A DNA stretch of 64,000 bases. It comes from Malacoraja senta (lineage: Eukaryota). Made by a program: the position numbers and the translations under genes. The stretch spans positions 27,530,001 to 27,594,000 of the forward strand of contig CM075988.1 of the NCBI GenBank assembly GCA_038087875.1. The letters are read 5' to 3'. The notes below the pieces were generated by a model, which worked only from the letters and a program-made list of their open reading frames with translations, was not told the DNA's origin and searched no databases. Below, one piece after another: positions 13,488-27,463 of the stretch (position 1 is its first letter; every line of letters begins with the position of its first letter).

Positions 13488-13712
13488 TGGAAGGAACTGC
13501 AGATGCTGGTTTACACCGAAGATAGACACAAAAGGCTGGAGTAACTCAGCAGGACAGGCAGCATCTCTGGAGCGAAGGAATTGGTGACTTCTCGGGTCAA
13601 GACCCATCCTCAGAAGTCTGAGGAAGGATCTCGACCCGAAACATCAACCATTCCTTCTCCCCAGAGATGCTGCCTGTCCCGCTGAGTTACTCCAGCATTT
13701 TGTGTCTATCTT
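13488..13712. mobile_element. Penelope-derived head-to-head palindrome with two degenerate hammerhead cores
   Basis: ~95-bp inverted arms centred at ~13616 (cctcagaagtctgagg); + arm reads ctgaggaaggatctcgacccgaaacatc. Confidence 0.8.
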
Positions 13713-16312
13713 TACCTGAAGTGTTTTCTATTATGGACTGTTTTCATTGATAAAATTACAGATGTAAAATATAATCTTAAAATTAGACAGCGGTAAGATA
13801 ATTTAAACATTCCATGCACATACAGATAACTGATCTGCAGCACACTGTGGATCCATCCGAAAGTATTTGCCAAAAAATACATCTCCCTGGTATTGTCCCT
13901 TAAGTTTCATATTACTACTATACATGGTCATTGTGTGATATGCTCACGAGTTACTGAAAGCAGGCATGTTAAGTGGTTGCAGGTTTAGACAAAATGTACA
14001 CAGCCTTGACATTTACAAAAACCAAGAGCTGCTCATGCTCCAGCTAAACTCACACTTCACAATTCTAAATTCTGACGAACCATCAAGAGAGCTATGTGAA
14101 TATAGTTTATATAAATTAAAACGTCACTCCAGATTGATTGCCAAAGCAGTCATTTACAAAAGACACATTGGCTTGAAGATGAAGGCATTGTTCTATCGTC
14201 CTGTAATATTTTTATGACTGCAGAAGGACTTTCGGCTTTTATGTTGGGGAACAAAGGAACTGGAAGAATTCAGAGGTTTGACAAAGAGCCTTGTCACTGC
14301 AATTAATCAAAGCTTTTGCTGAACAGTATTGTAAATTTCCTGTTGAATGGAGAAAGGCGTAGCAAACTCAGAATATTAGTAGGCAATTCTAATACAATCC
14401 AACAGCAAATAAACAAACAAAACTGTCCCAACCTTATATAAAACCATGTATACATCTCCTCCAGAATACAGAGCTATTTGCTCAACCTGCTCCTGAACTT
14501 AAAATATGTGTTGGTCAGCTGTGTGTCACTAAGATGATGCACTTTATATTTCCATTGGGGAGGATTCTAATTTCCAGCTTTTCACAAAAATACAATTAAG
14601 AAAGAGGATGCCTTAAGTACCTTAGGCTGAGACTATTTATATTTCTAGCTCAGACCTAAAACGTTAACTGGTTGTCTTTCCACAGATGCTGTCTGACCTG
14701 CTGGGTGTTTCCATTTAATTTCACGTTTACATGATCTGTAGTTTTTAAAAATATCTATTATGGTGGTGGTAACAATATGCCAGAAGATATATAGCGGAGG
14801 AAGTGAGCGCCACAATTTGTGTGGAGTGGTTGTCACTGCTCTGAAAGCCTTAGACAGATTCTGTCTCTGTAAAAGAAAACTCTCCAAAGTCCAAATTGAA
14901 GTTTGCCAGATTAAAAATCAAATCACAATGAGAATACAAACTCTGTTTCAAGATTACTGTCCAACTGTTTCTGAGTGTTTTTAAATAATCAATTTATCTT
15001 TTTCGGCAATCCTTAACCATCATCTGAAAACAATCATCGAGTTATAAACACATTTTATAAAATACCACAAAAATCCAACATGCAAACTCTGCCTTTCCAC
15101 TCCTGACTTTCAACAGCTATGCCCTGCACATCTGGATCTAGTTGACGACATCCGATTCCTCAGACAGACTGTTGCTTCAGGGTCAAATATTGTTTGACGA
15201 TGCTCTCGTGAAGCACCAAGTACTACATTAAAAGCGCTAGTTATTGTTGCATAATAAGGAGTCAACACTAAAACGATCGTGCAAAGACAGAGAGATCCAC
15301 CCTGGAAATATGGAGGATAAAGTTAACTTGCACTTGTTTTTGATCCTTTACTTGAGAGTACTTTTCAGTTTTTAGTGCTTGACAAGTATTGAAAATACTT
15401 ACAGAAATCTGAATACTTTTCACATATCTCTGAAAATGTGAGACATTTACAAATTTTAAACTGCAAACTATAGCAATTGAATCTATTGAATTGAATTGAA
15501 TTGGGCTGCAGACCAAATACGGGTAAAGGGGTTGGTATAGACAAGTACAATAGTCTACATAGATGTAGTGGGCCGAATGGTCTATTTCTGTGCTGTACCA
15601 CTCTACAGTCGAGCTTGGTCAGCATTCAAAGTTCCACCTTCTCCTTTAACTTCTGTCAAAGGCTGTCAGAATGGGGTTCAAGGACACTCCACTGAAAGCC
15701 TGCTTGTCACCGAGTTTATGCTACCCTTCAACAGACAACTCCGAGTTGTGGAGGCTCAGCTCTCTCAGCTCCCCGCATGTACACAGGTGTTGCATGTTAG
15801 TGGATTTGGCACAGGTGGTGGCCAAATCCACAAATATCCGACCACTGCTTGGCAAAAGTCAAACCAAATCTCTGTTTTCATTAATAGATACAGACCAGAC
15901 CACTTGCCTCAGTTGGCTCTTATCTGTGTGTATGTGATTCACTGCAAATTATATTGTCAAATTGCTAACCTGATTAGCTCAAACCTGTCTTTATTAACAA
16001 CTCATTTCCAATGGCAGAGGGAACTGCAAGCAATCTCTCTTGCACCTTTGTGGCCAGATACACATTGAGGCCCAAAGTGAAGAATAGGTATTTCTGTGGA
16101 TCAGGAAGTGAAAGTAAAGTCTGGTGCACTGGACAACACATTTATTCAAGTGAGTAAAATAGACTGCATTTAATGTGAGCATAACATTTAACATTTGACT
16201 GTAATGGTAAGTAACAGAAAAAGACACAACATGCTGCAGTAACTCAACGGGTCAGGCAGCATCTCTGGAGAAACTTAAGGTGCATTCAGTCCTGACTCCA
16301 AGTTTGGTCATC

Positions 16313-16660
16313 GGCTTTAGTTGGTAACACTGCGACCTCTGAATAATAAGGTTCCAGTTTCAAGATCTATTCCACAGATGTGAGCACAAAAAATAAGTTA
16401 ACATTCCATTCCAAGACTGAAGGGGGAACTGCACTGCTGGAGGTGCAGTCTACCAGATGGGACATTAAACCAGGACCCTGCCTGTTCTTCCAAATGGATG
16501 CAGGAAACACCATGGCACTGTTTAAAGAAAGGCAGGGGTTAATCTTCAGCCAACACCTATAAAGCACCTTATATTAATATTTATCCTTATAAAATACCTG
16601 ATCATTATCACCCTCCTCTTGTGAGAGCTGCCTGCGTGCAAATCGGCTGGCATTATGCCA
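16313..16660 (+). mobile_element. SacSINE1/Deu-SINE-like ancient SINE
   Basis: tRNA-like head (ggctttagttggtaacactgcgacctctga...) and body ctgcactgctggaggtgcagtct...cattaaacc...ccatggcactgtttaaagaa...gcaaatcggctg; a probable tail at ~16980-17045 after a Rex1-tail insertion. Confidence 0.7.
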
Positions 16661-19600
16661 ATGTCTACAAAGTTACTCTAGGTTCAGATCCAGGTTTATG
16701 TTTATTATTATCACACGTACCGAGGGTGGAAAGCTTTATTTTGCATGCTTTCCAACCAAATCAGATAATACCATACATAAATGCAATCAAGCCAAACTCA
16801 AGTTAAATGGGTAGAGCAAAGGGGAAGGCACAGAGTGCAGAATGTAGTTAACAATTAGAAATGGTGCTGGATTTACAGATAGAAAAGAGATCTAAAAAAC
16901 GAAAGTGATTGTATTGTATGATAGTAGATCCTCCTCTGGGAAGAGCACAAAGAGTCGCCACGCTCCGGCACCTTATTGGAATGCTCACTGGTTGTTCAGA
17001 TGCTGCAAAACCTGTGAAAGGCTCAACATAAATGGAATTCTTTTTTTCTCATTCAATCATCCACACAGACAGTGACGAGATATTGAGATATCCCATGTCT
17101 GAATTTCATCTCATCACATTGGGCAACGCACTTCCGAGCCAAGATTACAGGCCAGAGGAAAAAAAGCTTCAGCTTGCCACAACTCTTCCATGACTAATTG
17201 TATGTGCTTCACCGGTTCCAAGCCACATCAATGAATCTCCTTCACTCTGAGCACCGAAATCATGAAGAAGTATTTTTAAATAGTTTAAATACGCTAATAC
17301 TCGTTAACTAGAAGCCAGAGTTTTAACCCAGGTAAAAAAATGAACGATAAGTGGTTAATACTGGATGGGAGGTCAATTAATTAATTTGCTAATGAGCAGC
17401 AGAATGTTATTCATCATCAGCAGAATTCATTCTCTCCAATAAAACTGTGTCATGAACAAGGGTGAATACCAACTTGACATGTATAACACAGGGCTTTGTG
17501 GTTGGGTGGGCCAGGTGTCTTTCATTGTGGAATCTAATTACTCGGAGTGCTTTCACTGCTAAGGTTTGTCTGTCCAGGGCACTAGCTGATTGAAAAACCA
17601 AGTAACAACATCTGTGGTTGTTACTGGGGCCAAGAGGCTGCGTAAAACAGGCATAGAACCTCAATGACGGATCCGAATCTTTAAGCGTAAAGAAAGGAGC
17701 AACACCACTCACACCTTTGATTAACTGTGCCCACGGCAATGATACCCTGGTGGTAATTACAGAGTACTGATTACTTGAACTGCCTAACTTTTAAGCCTAA
17801 CGACAATCCAACTAACTCATAACAGCTTACATTTTTATTTTCACTGCACCCCCGATGAATCCTTTTTCCTTCTATTGAAATATGCAAAGGAACAAACTCC
17901 CTGGAGAATACAGGTCGTAACGCAACTGGAGGAGAAACTAGTTATAATAGTCTTCTAAATATACTGTATCACAGAGAAATCTCTTTAACTCATTGTTTAC
18001 TAGCCAAACTAGATAGCAATTTCAGATTTAAGTTCTGATTCATCTGTGACTATTATCAGCATTTTTTATTCTACAGTTACATTTTTGTGAATTTTACGCA
18101 AAGCTTTATGACTTGCCATCCGTTTCAGACCATGCAACTCCTGTTAGTTCTAAGCTGAAGTTCTCATCAGTTTCAATCACGGTGATGATGACAACACCTG
18201 ATTGTCATAAAGATCGATTTGGTTCCTTTATGAAGTTCAGGAAAGGAAATCTGCTGTCCTTACACAAACTGGTCTTTATGTGGCTATGGCTTTATGTTTG
18301 ATTCTCAACTGCCCTCTAAAATACCCCGCAGAACTCTCAGTTCAAGGGCAATTAGGGATGGACAAGGAGTAGTCTTTCTAACGACATCCACGTTCTATAT
18401 ATGAACTAAAATAAGTCGTCACATACATTTCATAACACTAACTACTGGCTAGTGTGAGCAATGCCCATCACAGAGATAAGAACTTTTCTTTGCTCATGTT
18501 GACTGTATGCAGACTGTTAACATAGAACTGTACAGCACAGAAACAGGCCATTCGGCCCGCAATCTCTGTGCTGAACATGATGCCACGACCATCTCTTATC
18601 TTCCTACACGTAATCCATATCCCTCCATTCCCTGCATGGTTGTAGGTCCAGTTACTGCAAGAACTCCAATTCTCCTTCTGGAAGAACTGTTGGACAATTA
18701 TAATTTACTCAAAGAAATTGACAAGACCAAGATTAATCCAAGGGGCAGAATTTTTATTGTGTTCTTTCATGCATAAATGTATCTGCAGAATAACAAAAGA
18801 TATGTTGTGCGGTGAACATGGGCAACAAGGTTTTATTTACAGATAAACATCTTGCAAAACGCTATCTCACATTATATATCAGTCAACATCAAAACTTTTT
18901 GGAGGCTGCATCTTAAAAACATCTCCATATAAAGATGAAAAGTACATGATTCAAATCCCTGACACACAAAGTTATGTGTACACATTTCAGTCATTCAGCT
19001 ATTCATGCTTTGCATGCGTAGCTGGCTTCAGTTAATGTAAATCTGTGGAAAGAAAGATCAGGAAGACACCAGCTGGGTGATAGGACATGTCCCCACAAAT
19101 ATTGTGCTATTTATGCACCCCAATAATTTTTTCCCTTTCATTTCAATGACAATTTTGATTCATGAAAGTAATAATGTTTCTATTTGCAAATTCAATTTGA
19201 AAAATCCACGCTTTGATGTAATGTTATTTGGTTCTACAAACATATATCCGAGCAGTCCAGAAAAAATCCTGAGCAAGCAAGCAAGCAACTGCTTGAAAGT
19301 AAACAATTTTATTGGGATTGCATCCTAGAATCCATTATTGAGAAAGCTGTGACAGGGCTCTTACAAAATAATAATATATATGAAAAGGAAATGATGTCTG
19401 AAAAATCTATTCATTTTTGTGGTTAAAAAACTTACAAAACAATGAGGGTAGCAGTTCATGTTGCGCATATTTACTTTTAAAAGATGTGGAACATGGGATT
19501 ATTTAATAACAAAATTAAATCACATGGGTAAGAAGGAACTGCAGATGCTAGATACACCGAATATTGACACAAAATGCTGGAGTAACTCAGTGGGTCAGTC

Positions 19601-19805
19601 AGCATCTCTGGAGAAAAGGAATATGTCATGTTTCGGGTCGAGATGGATTAGGATCATTCGAATTGTGAGGCTAATCTAAATCACAATCAAAATCACTGAT
19701 TTGGGTGTAGTGAACATGCATGTTAATACATAATACTACATGTTTACTTTGATACAAAGTTAGGTGTTGATGTGAGTTGGATCCAAAAAGTTTTCATGAG
19801 GATAT

Positions 19806-20017
19806 AAATGCAGAAACAAAGGACAGCAGGTGCTAGTTAATGCACTAAAGGACACAAAGTGTTAGATTAATTCAGCATGTCAGGCAGCATCTCTGGACAA
19901 CATGGATAGGTGACCTTTTGAGTCGAGACCTTTCTTCAGACTGACCCGAAACATCACGTATCCATGTTCTCCAGAGATGCTGCTTGACCTGCTGAGTTAC
20001 ACAACCACTTTGTGTCC
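19806..20017. mobile_element. Penelope-derived palindromic unit with 13-bp TSD
   Basis: Flanks ttcatgaggatat (19793-19805) / ttcatggggatat (20018-20030); inverted arms meet at ttcttcagactgacccgaaac. Confidence 0.75.
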
Positions 20018-20029
20018 TTCATGGGGATA

Positions 20030-21560
20030 TGGGTAGGCTAAGGGAATGGGTGAGGACTTTGCTGAAATAACGTGGAAATATGTGAGGTCCTCACTTTGAT
20101 ATTGAAAAAATGGAAGGACGAGAGCACAACGTCAAGTTGTTGTTATTTAGAAGGATCCATATGTTCTTCTACATGAATCATAGTTGACAAGCAAGTGTGA
20201 GGACAACCAAAAGGTAGGTTTGAAAGGTAGGCTCAAATGCAAGAGGATTTGAGTAGCTGTAAGGACATCCTACTACAATTATACAGGGCCCTGCACATGT
20301 ATCTGGATTATGGAGTGCAAGTCTGGTCATTCTAGTTAACAAAGGATATAGCTGCTTTAGAGGGAGCACAACAAATTCTTACCAGAGTGATTCTAGTGGT
20401 CTAATGTCCTACGAGGAGAAACTAAGCAAACTGGGTCAATGCTTTTGGAGTGTAGAAGAATGAGAGATGATCTCATTGAAACCAACACAATTGTGTTGAG
20501 ACACAATGAGCTGCAGATGTTGGCTTACAAAAAAGACATAAAGTGCTAGAGGCTGAAGGAGGATCCCACTCAAAACGCAACCAGTTGTCCAGAGATGCTG
20601 CCTGACCAATTGAGGCACTCCAGCTTTTCATGTTTTTGAGGCTTGGCAAGATAAATACAAGGATGATATCCAACCCCCCAACCCTCCCTCACCTCCCTTA
20701 GCTGAGGTGACTAATACAAGGAGTACAAAATTGGCCATTCGGGTCAGATATAAGACATTTATTCATCCAAATGTGGTGCATCTTTGGAATTCTCTACTCA
20801 AATTGGTTGTGACACGTTAGTCAATGAGTATAATCAAGGCATGATGGAACTGGCAGCCTCCAACTGGAACCGATCTCGAGGCTCCGGAGGCAGGGCCTGT
20901 GGACTCACCATCGCGAAGCTGGCCGACTTCGGGGCTGTGGTGGCGCTGCGGCTGCGGCCCGACTTCGGAGCTACGGAGGCTTCGGCCGCGGGCCCAGTGG
21001 ACGACAACATCGGGAGCTCGCAGCTCCCAGGTTGGTGACCGATTCTCCGGAGCTCCCACAACAACAGCTTTGTCCGCTGGACTGGAGGGTGGCAGCTTCG
21101 TCCGCCCCGGGCCGCGTAGTTTGAATCGGCCCGTTCGTGGAGATTGGATTCGGTCGCGGGACTTACCATCACCCGGCCGGGGACCCAACATCGAAAGCCT
21201 GGATCGCCTCAATGCAGAGGGAGAACAAGCAAGGAAGAGATAAGACTTTAAGACTTTTTGCCTTCCATCACAGTGAGGAGGTGCCTGGAGTCACTGTGAT
21301 AGATGTTAAACTGTGTTCATTATGTGTTCTGTTACTTTATTTTCTGTTATGGCTGCAAGGTACGCAATTTCGTTCAAACTAATAAGTTTGAATGACAATA
21401 AATGAACTCAACTCAACTCAATTTGTTTGTTTTTTGGATATTAATGGGAACCAAGATACAGGGTTAGTTCAAGAAGAGTTAAAACATCAGTCATGGTCTT
21501 AGTGAAAGGCTAGGCAGGCAAGAGGGCCTGGGTGACCTGCCCCTGCTTCTATTTCTTATG
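20030..21560 (+). mobile_element. Old CR1 RT/3' fragment with nested younger insertions
   Basis: Degenerate tgtgaggtcctcactttg, gcaagaggatttgagta, ttttggagtgtagaagaatgagagatgatctcattgaaac, tggaattctctactc. Confidence 0.65.
20846..21421 (+). mobile_element. CpG-rich SINE-like retroposon with Rex1-type tail
   Basis: GC-rich body; hairpins atcacagtga/tcactgtgat and ttcaaac/gtttgaa; ends gacaataaa + (ACTCA)n. Confidence 0.6.
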
Positions 21561-24500
21561 CTGTTACATGTGCTCAAATGTTAACATTTGTTACGGTGTT
21601 GATCAAAAAGTTCTGCAGTTAAGGATTCATTACTTATTGTAATATTAAGGGTCCCAACATGAAAATTTTTACAGTCATTTAGTATATTTGCAATAGAACA
21701 TAGAATAGTATAGGAACAGGCCCTTTAGTCCACAATGTCTGTGCCGAATAAGTTGCCAAAACGAACTCTTAAATGCCTGTGTATATAATCCACATCCCTC
21801 CATTCCCTGTATATCCATGTATCTATCCAAAAGCCTCGCATCTGCCTTCGCCACCACCCCAGCTGCACAATCCAGGCACTCACTAGCTTTCTGTCAGGTA
21901 AAGTATGAATACATTGGAACAAAATCACTTCAATCCATAAGCAAATAAAATATTAAAAACATAATTACATTATTCTATATTTGATTTACCACTCTCAATG
22001 TATGAATTAAAACATCATGTGATTGCAACAAAATGCACATTCAAATGTATACAGAACATGCCAAAAGTAACTTGCACCAAGTGACAATCTGATAATGAAC
22101 CATAATTTCCATTCAGCAGTGAGGGGTGGTCACTTGCCAAAAACCTTAAAGAGGCCAGGCCACAGAGATGAAGCAGCTTCTGCTGTATGTACTGCGTACC
22201 CAATGTGATTCGCAAGAAGCCACCTCGTCTTATGTAGGATAGACACAATATGCTGGAGTAACTCAGTGGGTCAGGCAGCATCTTTGGAGGGTTCCTTCCT
22301 ACTCATCTAATGTAGGAGATGTGTGGGATTCAGCAATAATGAGGTAATCAAGTATGCACAGCAGACAATTTGATGAGAAAGTCCTCGCAGCGCACAAGAT
22401 AAGAAATAAAACTCACTCAATTTTACAACTTTTCAATAACTTTATAAAAAAATGATATTCCCGGCCAGGATTTTGCTGGACTTTTCCAGACAAGAGAGGT
22501 TCTTCAGCATTAATTAGAGCTCCTTACATTCTTAAAGCTCTTAGTTACACTTCATTTATTGTTGCTTAAACGTTTCACAGTAAGTATTGACGCATACCAT
22601 TGAACCATCGACTTCTGAACTGATTTAATCCACAACTCTTGCAACAACACAACAAACTTCATCTGTCGAGAATCCAATAATCTCTTACTGCTAGAATGTC
22701 CTGTCTAGCTGTGCACATATACGCACCATCCTGGTCATTTTTACAGGGACATCTGTTAAGGATTATACTGTCTTTATAATTGGAAAGTCCATGCTATTTT
22801 GTGATTGATGATAAGAGCTAATTTAACTTTATGCAAACCCAACTGTTGTAACATATGAATTATAGTATATACATAATTCAGGGGGTTCAGCCGCAGCAAT
22901 TGATGTAATACTGCAGCTAATAATTTAATGAAAATGAAAATGTTTGCGTGTTGCTCATATGTCCATTAGACTGTTATTTTTGGCACTTATCAGGACAATG
23001 GTAATTTTCCCAGATCAAAGTTCAGCATTTTTCATTCCTCACACATTCTATTCCCTGTTGGTTCTTTAAATGCATTTCTGTACATTTTCTTGAATAAAGC
23101 AACCTTTTTAAACATTGCTAGGATTCCATTTTGAAGAAACCAGAACCATCCAAATAATCCATTTGGTGAAATTGTTGCTGACAGACCTATTTAATTCAAA
23201 AGACAGCCTTTCACAATAAGCCCATGCACAGAAATGGTCAGCTTGGCAGAGTCTTAACATAGCCAAGGTTCATTCACTTCAATTCTGCATATATTTCTGC
23301 CTTCCAATCCTGTTAATAATATAACCACTCATTTCACTTCAAGAAAAATAATGTATTGAACAGCGGCTTTGACATAGCCAAGTAGGTCAAGTATGATAAA
23401 AGGGCATTATTGATTTAAAAAATGACGGGCGCATGAACACACTGAAAGCTTAGAGTCAGAGGAAAGAGGTAGAAAGCCTTGGAGAGAAATTTTATGTTTA
23501 ACATCTGGGGCAGTTGACAGTGGGATAGAAGATAGAATTTGAGGAACACAAAGATTTCAATGCTGGAGGAGGCTAGATACAAAGAGGAGACGGGGTTATA
23601 TCCAAAACTGATCAACTTCTCTTGGGATCCCCGCGTTTATAAGAACTTCCTTCTCAGCAGAATTGGTCACACACTCATGGAACCAGGGGTGAAGGAGATC
23701 ATTAAACTCATATGTTTTCCCCAGCTCTTTCAACACACAAACCCGTCCACATCACTCCCTGCACCTTTTCCCATTTTCCTGCATTAAAAAAAATTCTTTA
23801 TAGCTCTTCACACATTGAAAGTGAACAATATAAAATTACATTACTGATGCAAGTTGCATAGGATGTTATTGAATAAGAAATGGTTGGCAAAATGAGATAA
23901 AGAATGCATCAACAAGACCTACAGGACAGTCATTCTTAAGAAGGAATGCAAGCGTTGTTTGTTGATCTATTACATTCAGCATGCTTTATTTACATCTATG
24001 ATCAATATTCATATATAATCTGCCAAGCAACTATAAATATTATCAACTAAAAGAAGAAGAATTGTTTGAGAGATTTGGAGTAAGTAAAACAAAATTTTCA
24101 AGGAATCCAGTTCATAATGATTTTGTTTATTGGCAAGAACTGATAGCAGCAGTTACTAAATCCTGATCTAAACGCTATTGTAAGCATTGTGAATCGACCA
24201 AATAAACAGCCTACAACTAAACACAAATAAAAATATTGCCTTTTCTCTCCGCAGTGCACAACCACAGGAATGTCCTGAATGTATTTAGTCACTGCAAATC
24301 AGAGACTGACTCTGTGGAGAATGGTTTGCAGTGATTCATGCTTGATTATATTTATCTGTATATTAAATGAATCAAAAATACTAGCTAAAGCTGACTGATC
24401 TCCTGTTCACAACAGAGAATATTTCAAAATCAATATTGCCAAAGATAGAGCAAGGTGGTTATGTAATAAATAACTTTTGGGAAAATGGTTAAAATGAATT

Positions 24501-24844
24501 ATAATTGAAGTGAGAATCAAGTCTCAAATATGCCTGCAAGCTGTAATACCAACCAACATTTTACACACATACACAATATTCAGAATATATTTACTTTATT
24601 AAAATTCACTGTGTGAACACCAATAGAAATTCTATTATAAATATGACATTTGTCAAAGTTGCATTTATATCAAGTGATAGACCAACTTCTGCCATGACCA
24701 ATTCCAAGATCAAATCAAAAATTGAATTCTTTCAACACTGCAAGAACCTTTGCAATATTAATATTTTATTTTCAGCTCGAGTCAATCGGAATAATCATAT
24801 TTCGCTTGGGCAGCTTATAACCCAGTGGTATGAATATTAATTTC

Positions 24845-25125
24845 TCTAACTTCAAGTAGCCCCGGCATTCCTCTCTCTCTATCCCTCCCCCACCTAAATC
24901 GCACCAGCTTCTAGTTTTCACCCAACACATAGCTAACAATGCCTGTTTCCTTTATCATCATTACGTGTTGGAATATCTTTCATTCATTGTTCTCTATCTC
25001 TCTACATCATCGTCGCTATCTCTCGTTTCCCTTATTCCTCTCAACCCGAAAAGTCACCCATTCCTTTTCTCCAGATATGCTGCCTATCCCGCTGTTACTC
25101 CAGCTTTTTGTGTTTATCTTTGGAA
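24845..25125 (+). mobile_element. Longer Penelope pLTR fragment
   Basis: tctaacttcaagtagcc plus a pyrimidine-rich stretch leading into acccgaaaagtcacccattcc...gttactccagctttttgtg. Confidence 0.65.
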
Positions 25126-25246
25126 TAATCTTATTGCCTGCTCCACCATCACTCATTGGCACATAGTCTTCAATTGTCAGTCTCCTAAAGAGATCAAGGA
25201 TGACTGGCATAATAAATTGAATAATCTCACATTGGATGGTCAAAAG

Positions 25247-26507
25247 CAGGGCCGGCCTTAGGAGTTGCAGGGCCGAATTGGGAACAATTTTGGTGAGCCC
25301 CAGGTTCCCAGCTGTAGATTCATAGAAATATAATTAAAGTCTATTATAGACTTTATATCTCTATGGAAGAATGGAAAGTAATCAAAATGTGCACTTAAAA
25401 AGTGCATGCGACTTAATGGACCAAACAGATCTAACTACATTTTAATATAAAATTGCATACATGTAAGCCTACAAGTAACAAACAAAATGTGTAGATCACC
25501 TCTGAAAAGTACACAGTTACAAAACCACATGTTTTAGTGAATTTGAAATGAAAATAAAAAGTAATTTAATTAAATAGATCCTGGAAAACCAATAACCATT
25601 GGTGAAAAACCAATCCAGGCATTACATTTTGGGCTTCTACCCCATCCTAACTTAGTTGTGTCTGTTAGTTGTCTGTGCGTGATGTGCGTGTGTTAGTTGT
25701 CTGTGCGTTATGTGTGTGTGGGAGGGAGGGGGAGAAGGGAGGGAGGGAGAGAAGGGAGGGAGGGAGAGAGAGAGAGAGAGAAGGGAGGAAGAACAGAAGG
25801 GAGGGAGGGAAGTAGAGAAAGGAGGGAGGGAAGGAGAGAAAGGAGGGAGGGAAGGAGAGAAAGAAGGGATGGAGCGAATGAGAGAAGGGAAAAGAGAGAG
25901 GAAGGGAGGGAGGGAAGGAGAGAAGGGAGGGAGGGAAGGAGAGAAGGGAGGGAGAGAAGAAGGGAAGGAGAGAAGGGAGGGAGAGGGAAGGAGAGAAGGA
26001 GAGAAGGGAGGGAGAGGGAAGGAGAGAAGGGAGGGAGAGAAGAAGGGAAGGAGAGAAGGGAGGGAGAGGGCCGGCGGCGGGAGTGGATGCCGGGGTCCGG
26101 GCGGACGGGTGTGAGCTGAGGCCAAGGTTTGTAAACGTTGCTCCAACCCCCGGCCCGGCCCGGCCCGGCCCGGCCCTCCGTGTATTGTTCACCGCGTCTC
26201 CCCGGGGAGAGAGAGAGTGGAGCCGGGGTTGTGTGCGTGAAGCACGGCGACTGGAGGGGCGGGAGCGCTGCCGTGAGCGAACGACCCACCTCCCCCTCTT
26301 CCCTCTTCTCCATTCCCCCTCACACCCCCCTCCCCGTCAACCCCTTTCTACCCCCCTCCACCCCTCTACTCTCTCTCCGCCCCCCTCTCCCCCCCCCCCC
26401 TCTCCCCCCCCCCCCCCCTCCACCCGGGGTAGATTACTCCAGGACCCCAGCGCGAGGCCCCCTTACTCGCGGGGCCCAATCGGTCCAACGGTTTAAGGCC
26501 GGCCCTG
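25247..26507. mobile_element. Non-autonomous hAT-like DNA transposon
   Basis: Perfect 14-bp TIRs cagggccggcctta / taaggccggccctg; degenerate ~8-bp flanks gtcaaaag / gatcaaag; gggccSaat subterminal motifs. Confidence 0.85.
25720..26070 (+). repeat. Polypurine (GGGA/GGAGAGAA)n tract
   Basis: ~350 bp almost exclusively A/G; source of the low-complexity ORFs in the track. Confidence 0.95.
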
Positions 26508-27463
26508 GATCAAAGCATATTGGGGGGGAAACCTGGATGATGTTTGATTAGGGTGTCAGGATAAGGCTCATGCAATGTTTGCAGTATTAATAAGCATTAA
26601 AAGTCACATCTGTATTTATCTATTTTAACTTTTTTTGACAATTTTGCTAAATAATGCTGACTGCGTCTTCTGATAGGTAAATGATAATTACATTTTGGCA
26701 CCTTAATCTGTATAGTAGGTCAATGATTTATCTCCGCTGTTTATAAGTAATAGGACCTTCCATTTCCTTACATTAGTTTTATATTATCAAGCTCTGTCTC
26801 ATTGACAGAGGATAAAAATATCCCATTTGCGTTATTACAATTACTAAAGGTTGCGGTTGGTTGCACCAAAAACTATTCAAGATATGTATTCACATATGGT
26901 ACATAATTTGAACCATATTGTCAAGAATGTTTTAATCAATAGCACATATATAGGCATGCTATCTTTTCCACAATAGAATATGTCTAATATTTGAGTAATA
27001 CATTTTTTACATTTTTAAGAAATAACCAGCAAGTAATAACAATATGAGATGGAACTATTGATCAGATCTTGTAGATTATTTTTTAATAGGATAATAATTG
27101 TATGCTAATCTGATTTCCCTGAGAGGCAAACAGTGGCAGAATGATTTCTATTCAGAATGAGGCAGCTGAGCCATTTTGGATACTCAATATGAGTCACTCA
27201 ACATGCCCATACATTAATAGAAAACAAACATTGGATTAATGGAATGATTGGGAAATATACATTGGGATCACAATCAGAAATGAACTCACATCAATTTTAA
27301 CGGGGGAAAACTTCAGGGTCCTGACATGAAACGTCGCCTATCCATATCCTCCAGAGATGCTGCCTGACCCATTGAGTTACTCCTGGACTTTGTTTATTTT
27401 GAAAACCAGCATCGGCAATTCCCTGTGTCTACCTTTAAAAGCCGACTTACTGAAGGTATCATG

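Noticed and set aside
17069..17193. Plus-strand terminal exon (SDEILRYPMSEFHLITLGN...)
   Set aside because: The polypyrimidine tract is probably a SINE tail; peptide unrecognised.
20784..21382. Overlapping GC-rich ORFs as a gene
   Set aside because: Stop-poor frames expected from high GC within a retroposon; no domain motifs.
22689..22753. Minus-strand CPCKNDQDGAYMCTAR as an Ig-domain exon
   Set aside because: Spacing does not fit D-x-G-x-Y-x-C and it is too short.
24287..24336. Hairpin as a pre-miRNA
   Set aside because: Only ~13-15 bp of stem; no recognised mature miRNA.
25652..26551. Several 130-200 aa ORFs (PPFSPSL / EGGREG repeats)
   Set aside because: Translations of purine and pyrimidine low-complexity tracts inside a hAT element.
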